A stretch of DNA of 64,000 nt from an uncultured Chloroflexia bacterium (GTDB taxonomy: Bacteria; Chloroflexota; Limnocylindria; QHBO01), in NCBI GenBank assembly GCA_963797855.1, contig CAWCQX010000011.1, positions 24,887-88,886 on the forward strand, written 5' to 3'. The position numbers and the translations under genes were made by a program. The notes under the pieces were generated by a model that saw only the letters and a program-made list of their open reading frames with translations, did no database searches and had not been told where the DNA came from. Of the stretch, positions 43,744-51,766 are shown piece by piece; position 1 is the first letter of the stretch, and each line of letters starts with the position of its first letter.

Positions 43744-43766
43744 GATCAGCTGGGCCGCGTCGACGA

Positions 43767-44810
43767 TCAGCGGCGTGCGCGCCCAAGGGCGAGCCTGGCG
43801 TAGGTCATCACCGCCAGCGCGAGGATCGCGACGAGGGCGAAGATCGGGACCGTGCTCGATCCCTGACCGGCCAGATCGACCGCCGTGTTCGGCACGGCCG
43901 GCGTCGGCGTCGGGTTGCCACCGAGCTCGCTCTCGCGAGGGGACGGGGTCGGCGACGCGTCGGCGACGGGGTTGGCGTCCCACCGAGCTCGCTCTCGGAC
44001 GGGTCGGCGCGGCGTCGGGCTCGGCGTCGGCGACGGCGTCGGGCTCGGCGTCGGCGAAGGAGTCGGGCTCGGCGGTCGGCGAAGGCGTCGGGCTCGGCGT
44101 CGGCGACGGAGTCGGGCTCGGTGTCGGCGACGGAGTCGGGCTCGGCGTCGGCGACGGAGTCGGGCTCGCGGTCGGCGAAGCGTCGGGCTCGGTGTCGGCG
44201 TCGGCGTCGGCGACGGAGTCGGGGTCGACTCTGCCTCCGTGCAGTTCAGCGAGTTCGTCTTCGAGCTCGAGACGATCGCGCCGTCGTGGCCGGAGGCACC
44301 GGAGCCTCGGTCGCGATCACGCCAAGGATGCCGCCGGTCGAGACGGTGAAGCCGGTCGTCACCGGAACGTCGAACGTCAGCGTTCCGCTGCCGGAGAGGT
44401 TCCCGACATCCAGGACGACGAAGTTGGACTCGACGTCGGCGACATAGCCGGCCGGGTCGCCACCGCCGTTGCCGTTGATGGCGCCCTGGTTCGGGGAGAG
44501 GTACACGACGACGGTGCTGCCGGCCGGCAGCGTGCCGGTGACGTTGTAGTCGAGCTTGAAGGTGAACGATGACGCGCCGTCGTTCGAATCGCAGAACAGC
44601 TGTGCGTTGTTCTGGAACGTGAACGTGGCGGTTCCGCCGTTCAGATCCGAGTAGGGCCCGCTGGTCGGATGGCCGTTGTCGCCGGCGGTGAAGCCGAGGA
44701 CGGTCCCGGGCCGGATAGAGCGCCATCGCCGAAAGCAGAATGGCGACGATCGAGATCAGCACCACGAAGCTGGTGCGCTGGGAAACCTGTCCCTTACCGG
44801 TGACGCTCAA
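43767..44810 (-). CDS. surface protein with long Pro/Thr/Ser linker and VPNTA-type C-terminal anchor (several frameshifts)
   Basis: A TTG at 44808-44810 is preceded by AAGGAGAAAGGGGG. The N-terminal TM/signal is SFVVLISIVAILLSAMALYPA. The central domain lies in ORF 44246..44506 (VVVYLSPNQGAINGNGGGDPAGYVADVESNFVVLDVGNLSGSGTLTFDVP). The tail is PSPT repeats, ESELGG motifs, then AVPNTAVDLAGQGSSTVPIFALVAILALAVMTYARLALGRARR. Confidence 0.65.
   Translation of the reverse strand: MSVTGKGQVSQRTSFVVLISIVAILLSAMALYPARDRPRLHRRRQRPSDQRALLGSERRNRHVHVPEQRTAVLRFERRRVIVHLQARLQRHRHAAGRQHRRRVPLPEPGRHQRQRRWRPGRLCRRRRVQLRRPGCREPLRQRNADVRRSGDDRLHRLDRRHPWRDRDRGSGASGHDGAIVSSSKTNSLNCTEAESTPTPSPTPTPTPSPTLRRPRARLRRRRRARLRRRHRARLRRRRRARRLRRPPSPTPSPTPSPTPSPTPSPTPRRPVRERARWDANPVADASPTPSPRESELGGNPTPTPAVPNTAVDLAGQGSSTVPIFALVAILALAVMTYARLALGRARR
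44014..44228 (-). repeat. about 8.5 copies of a 24-bp tandem repeat (GTCGGGCTCGGCGTCGGCGACGGA) encoding a PSPTPSPT linker
   Basis: Read directly. The units start at 44014, 44038, 44062, 44087, 44111, 44135, 44159 and 44182. The unit at 44062 is 25 bp and the unit at 44159 is 23 bp. Confidence 0.9.
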
Positions 44811-45063
44811 TGCGACCCCCTTTCTCCTTGAGATGGTGATGGCGCTGCTGGCCCAGACGGGCCGTATAAATGCGGTTGACCGATGGACGGCGAAGCGTAG
44901 TGCATTCGTCATGCCCTGCCTAGTACCCCCGAGGGCCGATTCGCCGCTCTGCAGGCAGAAAATGGGGGATCTGGTGGGTTAAGGCGGGTACGACCGGCCC
45001 AGGACCCGTTGCCGGGGCGCACCACGACGGCGCGTGACGATGGATTGCCGGGTCAGGGGGGGG

Positions 45064-45717
45064 CTAGGACGTTCGGCCGCGGGGGTCGAGGAGGACGACC
45101 TGCGTCTCGTCGGGGAGGGAGCTCACGGTCACCTGCGCCTTGGGCTGGCGGATCGGCTCGGCGGCCATCTCGTGAAGGAACTTCTCGGGCCCGCCGAGGT
45201 CCTTCGAGGCACCGTCCAGGCCGTAGTGCATCGGGATCACGATCTTCGGGCCGACCTGGGCGACGACCTCGGCGGCTTCGGCGGGGGTGAGCGTCGTCTC
45301 TCCGCCGACCGGCACCAGCAGCACGTCGATCGGCCCGAGCTCGCTGAGCTGCTCGTCGGTCAGCAGATGCCCGAGATCGCCGAGATGGCAGATGTGCACG
45401 CCGTCGATCTCGACCGAGAAGACCATGTTCTCGCCCCGCGCCGTTCCGCCCTCGCCGTCGTGATAGGTGCGGATCCCCATGACCAGGAGGTCGCTGAACT
45501 CGTACTCGCCCGGCCGGGTGAGGGTCAGGCCCGCGGTGATCGAACGGGTGTAGCTGTGGTCGGGGTGGGCGTGGCTGATCGTCAGCACGTCGACGTCATG
45601 CTTGCCCGCCACGAACCCCGTCGAGGGCGGGCACGGATCGGTGATGACGGTGGCGTCGCGACCCTTCAGGCGGAAGCACGCACGGCCGTACCAGGTGATC
45701 TCCATCGGTGAGGCCAT
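45064..45717 (-). CDS. MBL-fold metallo-hydrolase (UPF0173-like)
   Basis: The ORF is intact. It reads MEITWYGRACFRLKGRDATVITDP...VLTISHAHPDHS...ICHLGDLGH...VLLVPVGG...PKIVIPMHY. Confidence 0.8.
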   Translation of the reverse strand: MASPMEITWYGRACFRLKGRDATVITDPCPPSTGFVAGKHDVDVLTISHAHPDHSYTRSITAGLTLTRPGEYEFSDLLVMGIRTYHDGEGGTARGENMVFSVEIDGVHICHLGDLGHLLTDEQLSELGPIDVLLVPVGGETTLTPAEAAEVVAQVGPKIVIPMHYGLDGASKDLGGPEKFLHEMAAEPIRQPKAQVTVSSLPDETQVVLLDPRGRTS

Positions 45718-45917
45718 CGTAGCGGGATAGCACGAGCCCCGGTGCCCGCCCAATGACACCGGGGCTCGAAGGAGGGAGGGTGGAGGCAGAAACCCGAGGT
45801 GGATTTCTATCTCGCACCGATGAGGCTACGGAGCACGCCTAAACCCCGGGCTTGCCACACCTTAAGAAACCTGAACGTTCCCGGGATTCCGGCGAGGTCG
45901 TGGCAGAATGCGCCGCA

Positions 45918-47220
45918 ATGTCCGCTGCCCAGCGCCTGGCCGCCATCGTCATCGGCGTCATCGTCGTGATCGGGATCGCGGTCGTCGTCCTCAACCTTGC
46001 GGGCGATGGCGTCGCCGCCGATCCGAGCCCGCAGGCATCGGTCTCGCCGGCCGCGTCGCCCACCACGAGCGATGCGCCGACGGACGAGCCGTCACCGGCG
46101 GACGAGGACGACGTCCTGGCCGCCCTCGCCGAGATCGAGGAGCAGGTGATCGCCATCCGCGGCCTGCCCGCCGCCGACATCGGCGCGCCGGAGCTGCTCA
46201 CGCGCGACGAGCTCCAGGACGCGCTGCTCGCCCTCTTCGAGGAGAACTATCCGCCCGAGGAGCAGGCCGAGGACAACGCGTCGCTGCGGGCGCTCGGGCT
46301 GCTCGAGCCGGACCAGGACGTCGCCGCGCTCCAGCTCCAGCTGCTCGGCGACGTGGTCCTCGGCTTCTACGACGACGACGAGAAGCGGATGGTGGTCGTG
46401 ACCGACCAGGGCCTCGACGCCCTGGCGAAGTTCACGTACGCCCACGAGTACACCCACGCCCTGCAGGACGCCGCCTTCGGGATCGCCTCGCTGGACATCG
46501 AGGCAGAGGGCGAGGACGATCGCGCGCTGGCCCGCACCGCGCTGCTCGAGGGCGACGCGACCGTCGCGATGCTGGCATGGGCGTTCGCCAACCTGGAGCC
46601 GCAGGAGCTGGCGGAGATCACGAGCGCGCCCCAGCCCGACACGACCGGGATTCCGTCATGGCTCGTCGAGCAGATCGCCGTCTTTCCCTACAACGAGGGC
46701 TACCTCTGGGCGGGCTCGACTTGCCGGCGACCCGCTCAGCCCGGACTTCACCGAGCTCGATGCCGCGTACGCCGACCCTCCGGACTCGACCGAGCAGATC
46801 ATCGACGTCGAGAAGTGGGATCCGCGCGAAGCGCCGATCCCGGTCGACGGACCCGACCTCGCCGCCGCCTTCGGCGATGGCTGGACCGAGGTCGACGACA
46901 CCCCGATCGGCCAGGCGTTCCTGGAGGACATCCTCGTCTATCACGGGGTCGCGGGCGACGAAGCGCAGGCCGCAGCTGCGGGGTGGGGCGGCGACCAGGT
47001 CGTCGTCGCGACCGGCCCCGACGACGCCTTCGCCGTCGCATGGCGCCTGGTGTGGGACACGCCCGAGGATGCGGACGAGTTCGCCGATGCCTACAACTCG
47101 GTCATCTCCGGCCTCGGCTTCCCGGCATCGGTCACCCGGGTCGACGAGGACGAGGTGCTGATCGCCCACGGCAGCAGCCCGGATGTCCTCCGCCGCGCGA
47201 TCGAAGCGGCCAGCGACTGA
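45918..47220 (+). CDS. membrane-anchored putative zinc metallopeptidase (HExxH; frameshift near 46720)
   Basis: The N-terminus is MSAAQRLAAIVIGVIVVIGIAVVVLNL (TM), followed by a Pro/Ser/Asp linker. The motif FTYAHEYTHALQD (HExxH) is present. The C-terminal part (GDPLSPDFTELDAAYADPPDSTEQI...AAGWGGDQVVV...) lies in another frame and ends at TGA 47218-47220. Confidence 0.55.
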
Positions 47221-47225
47221 CGGTC

Positions 47226-48882
47226 CTACATCGAGTCCGGCGCGGAGATCCCCAGCAGCGCGAGGGCGTTGGACAGGACCGATCGGGTGGCGTCCACGAG
47301 GGCCAGCCGCGCGGCCGATAGCCCGGCGTCCTCGGTGAGCACCTTGCAGTCGCGGTAGAAGGCGCTGAACGCGCTGGCCAGCTCGTACGCATAGCGCGGA
47401 ACCTCGTGGGTCTCGCGCCGGTCGGCAGCCATGCCGACCGCATCGGGGAAGTCGAGAAGGTGGCGGACGAGCGCCCTGCTCGGACGGGTGCGTCAGCAGC
47501 TCCGCGGTCCGCGACGCGTCGGGCACGGCGCCGACCTCGTCGGCGTTCCGGAGAATCGACGAGGCGCGGGCGTGCGCGTACTGGACGTAGTAGACCGGGT
47601 TCTCGTGGCTCTGGCGCTTGGCGAGCTCGAGGTCGAAGTCGATGCCGCTCGTGAATGCGCGTGAGCTGAAGAACCAGCGCACCGGATCGGCGCCGACCTC
47701 GGCCATCAGGTCGTCGAGCGTCACGAACTCGCCCGATCGCTTGCTCATGCTCACGGCCTCGCCATCGCGAACGAAGCGCACCCAGGAATAGAGGAGGATG
47801 CGGACGGCCTCGGGGTCATGGCCGAGTGCGGTGGCGGCATGGAGGAGCCGGGCGACGGCGCCGTGGTGGTTCTCGCCCCAGACGTAGATCAGCTCGTCGA
47901 AGCCGCGGCTGAACTTCTCGCTGACATAGCCGATGTCCGCGGCGAAGTACGTTGGCTGGCCGTTGGATCGAAAGATCACGCGATCCCGATCGTCTCCGAA
48001 GGCCGTCGAGCGGAACCAGGTCGCGCCATCCTCTTCGAAGACGTATCCGGCTTCGCGAAGGCGCTCGACGCCGCGCTTCACCCAACCGTCGTCGTGGACG
48101 GAGCTCTCCGTCTTCCACACGTCGAAGTGGACTCCAAGGGCGTCGAGGCTGGCCTCGATCCCTTCCCGCTGCACCTCGGACGCCCACCGACCGTAGATCC
48201 AGTCGGCCTCGTCAGGCTCGGCAGCCTCGGCGTCGCGCACGACCTCGTCCGGGACCGATGCGGCCATCTCGCCGACGTAATCACCGCGGTAGCCGTCTTC
48301 GGGGAGCGGCGATCCCTGCCGGATCGCGCGCACCGATGCGCCGAGTGCCTTCACCTGCCCGCCGAAGTCGTTGAAGTAGTACTCGCGCGTCACGTCGTGG
48401 CCGGCGGCATCCAGGACGCGGCTCAGCACGTCGCCGACGAATGCGCCCCGCGCGTTGCCGACGTGGAGCGGGCCGGTCGGGTTGGCGCTGACGAACTCGA
48501 CGTTGATCCGCTGCGGCTGGGCTGCGGTCCCGCGGCCGTAGGCGGCGCCGGCGTCCCGGATCGGGCCGACCTGGGCGGCCACCCACGCGGGGTCGAGGCG
48601 GAAGTTCAGGAACCCCGGAGCGGCGACCGAGACCTCGGCCACCGAGACCGGTGGCTCGAAGTGCTCGAGCAGGGTCTCCGCGATCCGGATCGGCGCGGAA
48701 CGCGCGACCGGGGCCAGCTGCATCGCGACGTTGCTCGCCCAGTCGCCGTGATCGGGATTGGCGGGCCGCTCGAGGCCGATCGGTGGCAGATCCGTTCCCT
48801 GCCCGATCGCAAGTGCTCCGGACGATGCCGCGCGGTCGCGCGCATCGGCGATCGCTCGGGAGATCTCGGACCGGACGCTCAT
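47226..48882 (-). CDS. argS: arginine--tRNA ligase (frameshift near 47460)
   Basis: It reads INVEFVSANPTGPLHVGNARGA (HIGH-type motif)...YYFNDFGGQV...MSKRSGEFVTL (KMSK-type). The C-terminal anticodon-binding end comes from ORF 47226..47432, ending ...LLGISAPDSM. Confidence 0.92.
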
Positions 48883-49182
48883 GGGCCTCGGAGTCTAGCG
48901 CTCGGCCCGGTGAGCGCGGCTCAGGGCTGTGCGGCCTCCCCGGCGGCTGCGGCCTGGGTGGGCGGGCCGCCGTCATCGTCCGGCATCACCCAGCCGCCGA
49001 TCGCGAGAGAGACCGCGATCCACGCGGCGGCGAGGATGATCAGGATCCGGTGCCGGGGTCCGGCGGGTAGCGTTGTGTTGGGCCATGACTGCCACTGGAT
49101 TTCCCCTCGACGTTCGTGACGATTCCCCCGCTGCGCCACATTGCAAGCGGTTTGCCACCAGTGGTGCCCTCGGCACCGCGAC

Positions 49183-50097
49183 CTATCGGTCTCGGGCCAG
49201 CCGGAGCTCGAGGGCCTGGTCGGGGGTGAAGTCCATGAGCCCGAGGGTGTCGGCCGCGACCTCCAGCAGTGCGCCCGTCGGCGCAAGACCGATGAGCTCG
49301 CAATGGTCGATGTCGGTTCCGGCTTCGCGCGCGAGCCGCCGAACCTCGCGAACGACCGTGGCGATGCCGGTGCGCTCCCAGTCGACGAGGTTCGTGCTGA
49401 CCTGCGCCATGGGCGGCATCCCCGGGTTCTCCAGGAGCACGCCCATCGCCTGCACGGCGGGCATCCCGCCGGAGCTCTCGCGGATCGCGGTGGCGATCTT
49501 GATGGCGACGGCCAGGTCGTCGGTCCGCAGGTTCATGTTGAACGCGATCAGCGGCTTGCGCGCGCCCACCGCGATCGCCCCGCCCCGCGGATGGACGCGA
49601 GCGGGGCCGAAGTCCGGGGCGCGCTCCGGCACCGCGCCGATCTCGTCGCGGATCGCCTCGTACTGGCCGCGGCGCACGTCGGCGAGACGCCGCCGGTCGG
49701 GCCGCAGCGCGGCCGCTCCGTAGAGATAGACGGGCAGGTCGAACCGCGTGGCGACCTGCTCCCCGAATCGCCGCGCGAGGTCGACGCACTCCTCGAGCCG
49801 GGTCGAGCCGAGTGGCACGAACGGGATGACGTCGACGGCACCGATGCGTGGGTGGGCCCCGGTGTGCTGTTCCATGTCGATCAGCTCGAGCGCGCGTCCG
49901 ACCGCCGCGGTCGCCGCCCTGACCACGGGCTCGGCGCTGCCCGCGAACGTGACGACGCTGCGGTTGTGGGTCGGGTCGAGCGAATGGTCGAGCACCGTCA
50001 CGCCGTCGATCTGACCGATGGCGTGGACGATCTCCTCGACCACCTCGGGTCGGCGTCCCTCGCTGAAGTTCGGGACGCACTCGATCAGTCCGGGCAT
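49183..50097 (-). CDS. glutamate formimidoyltransferase (FT domain only)
   Basis: The frame is intact from MPGLIECVPNFSEGRRPEVVEEI...HPRIGAVDVIPFVP, the canonical FTCD N-terminal motif. No cyclodeaminase domain is attached. Confidence 0.88.
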   Translation of the reverse strand: MPGLIECVPNFSEGRRPEVVEEIVHAIGQIDGVTVLDHSLDPTHNRSVVTFAGSAEPVVRAATAAVGRALELIDMEQHTGAHPRIGAVDVIPFVPLGSTRLEECVDLARRFGEQVATRFDLPVYLYGAAALRPDRRRLADVRRGQYEAIRDEIGAVPERAPDFGPARVHPRGGAIAVGARKPLIAFNMNLRTDDLAVAIKIATAIRESSGGMPAVQAMGVLLENPGMPPMAQVSTNLVDWERTGIATVVREVRRLAREAGTDIDHCELIGLAPTGALLEVAADTLGLMDFTPDQALELRLARDR

Positions 50098-50130
50098 GGT
50101 GTCGATCGTAACCCCTGCTACGCTCGGCCA

Positions 50131-50961
50131 ATGCCCGGCACCCTCTATCTCGTCGCCGTGCCGATCGGGAATCCTGACGATCTCAGCCCGCGTGCCCGGG
50201 ACATCCTGCGCGCGGCGGACGTGGTGGCCGCCGAGGACACGCGCCACTTCGCGACGCTGGCACGGCACCACGGCCTGGCACCGCGCGCGCTCAGCTATCA
50301 CGATCACAACGAGGTCGAGCGGACCGCTGCGCTGCTCGAGCGCCTTCGCGCCGGGGACGACGTCGCCCTCGTGAGCGATGCCGGCACGCCGCTCATCAGC
50401 GATCCGGGCTACCGGCTGGTCCGCGCCGCGATCGACGCGGGCATCGGCGTGACGAGCGTGCCGGGCGCGTCCGCGGTGACGACCGCGCTGGCGGCATCGG
50501 GCCTGCCTCCACATCCGTTCCGGTTCGTCGGCTTCCTGCCGCGGACGGCGGCGGCCCGTCGCGCGCTGCTGAAGAGCCTGGCCGGTGACCCGGCGACCCT
50601 GGTTGCCTTCGAAGCCCCTCGGCGCCTGACCGATGCGCTTCGCGACGCTCTCTCGACGCTCGGCGACCGGCCCGCCTGCCTGGCGCGGAACCTCACGAAG
50701 CCGCACGAGCGCTACCAGCGCGGCACGCTGTCGCAGCTGATCGCCGAGCTCGAGGCCGAGGGGGAGGTCCGGGGAGAGGCCACGATCGTGATCGGCGGCG
50801 CGACCTCCGCTCCGGACGACAGCGAGGAGGCCGAGGCCGACGCCCGGCTGCTGCTCGCGGGCGGTGCACCGGCACGCGCCGTCCAATCGCTGCTCGTCGA
50901 ACGGCGCGGGATGTCCCGGCGCGCCGCGTACGACCTCGTGCTCCGTCTGCGACGCGAATGA
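50131..50961 (+). CDS. rsmI: 16S rRNA (cytidine1402-2'-O)-methyltransferase
   Basis: The ORF is intact. It reads GTLYLVAVPIGNPDDLSPRARDILRAADVVAAEDTR...VSDAGTPLISDPGYRLV...PGASAVTTAL...FRFVGFLP. Confidence 0.9.
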   Translation: MPGTLYLVAVPIGNPDDLSPRARDILRAADVVAAEDTRHFATLARHHGLAPRALSYHDHNEVERTAALLERLRAGDDVALVSDAGTPLISDPGYRLVRAAIDAGIGVTSVPGASAVTTALAASGLPPHPFRFVGFLPRTAAARRALLKSLAGDPATLVAFEAPRRLTDALRDALSTLGDRPACLARNLTKPHERYQRGTLSQLIAELEAEGEVRGEATIVIGGATSAPDDSEEAEADARLLLAGGAPARAVQSLLVERRGMSRRAAYDLVLRLRRE

Positions 50962-51766
50962 TCGAGCCGATCGTCGACCGAGTGCTCCGCTCCACTCGCT
51001 ACCGCGACGTCGACCGCGCGCTGCTCGACCGGCTGGCCGCGGAAGAGCTGCCGAAGTCCCGGAACGTCGATGACGCCGTCAAGCGGGTGAAGCGCCGGCT
51101 GCACCAGGCGGTCGGCGCGTACCGCGGCGCGGGCGGCGGCGGATCCGCTGGCGACGGTCCGCGCAACCTGGGCCGGGGACCGCGAGGACGCGGCGTTCCG
51201 GGCGGCCTGCGCCGATGTGCATGCGGAGTCACGCGTCGACCGCCGAGCGGCTGCCGTACATCGAAGGGTTCTTCGCGCCGATCTGGGAGCTGACCGGCGG
51301 CGCCCCGCGAACGCTCCTCGACCTCGGCTGCGGGCTCGGGCCGCTGGCTCTGCCATGGATGGGCCTGTCGCCGGAAGCCACGTATCACGCCTGCGAGGTC
51401 GATCGGCGCTCGCTCGAGGTGGTGGATGCGTTTCTCGATCTGGTCGGACAGCCGCACGCGGTCCACGCGCGCGACCTCGTCGCCTCGGGCGGCCCGCCGA
51501 TCGCTGCCGATGTGGTCCTGCTCCTGAAGCTCGTCCCACTGCTCGACCGCCAGGATCCATCCGCGGCCGCGCGGCTGCTGGGCACTCTCGACGCCCGCCA
51601 CGCTGTCATCTCGTTTCCAACCAGCTCGCTCGGCGGCCGGCGACGTGGCATGGAGGCGACCTATCGGCGCCTGCTCGACGAGCTCGTCGCCGCCCTGGAG
51701 ATCGGCGACGTCCGCGAGGCATCGGTCCCGAACGAGCTCGTCTTCGTGGTGACGCCTCGTGGCTGA
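50958..51766 (+). CDS. FmrO/Rmt-family 16S rRNA (guanine1405-N7)-methyltransferase-like protein (frameshift between about 51140 and 51215)
   Basis: An ATGA overlap links it to rsmI. It reads STRYRDV...VKRVKRRLHQAVGAY, then HASTAERLPYIEGFF...LLDLGCGLGPLALPWMG...LLLKLVPLLDRQ...VISFPTSSLGGRRRGMEATY. These blocks match RmtB/ArmA-type enzymes as I remember them. Confidence 0.8.

Noticed and set aside
44062-44181. The Arg-rich segment ([16 protein letters not shown]...) inside the surface protein, considered as a genuine polybasic domain.
   Set aside because: It is the same 24-bp repeat read in another frame. It is entered and left at units of 23 and 25 bp. An indel artefact is the simpler explanation until reads are checked.
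44014-44228. Tandem repeats (24-bp x 8.5 here; 45-bp x 2 at 42951-43040) considered as a possible CRISPR array or other non-coding repeat element.
   Set aside because: The units are directly adjacent with no spacers. They lie inside ORFs and translate to PSPT/ESELGG linkers. No cas genes are present.
45733-45768. A 12-bp-stem hairpin (CGAGCCCCGGTG / CACCGGGGCTCG) immediately upstream of the MBL-fold gene start.
   Set aside because: It lies in a divergent promoter region only about 15 nt from the start codon. No terminator or known regulatory role can be assigned. It may simply mask the RBS.
48921-49286. A small ORF encoding a TM segment (RILIILAAAWIAVSLAIGGWVM) between argS and the formimidoyltransferase gene.
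   Set aside because: The only ATG (49083-49085) is in a different frame from the TM segment. There is no recognisable family, so the evidence is too weak to list it as a gene.
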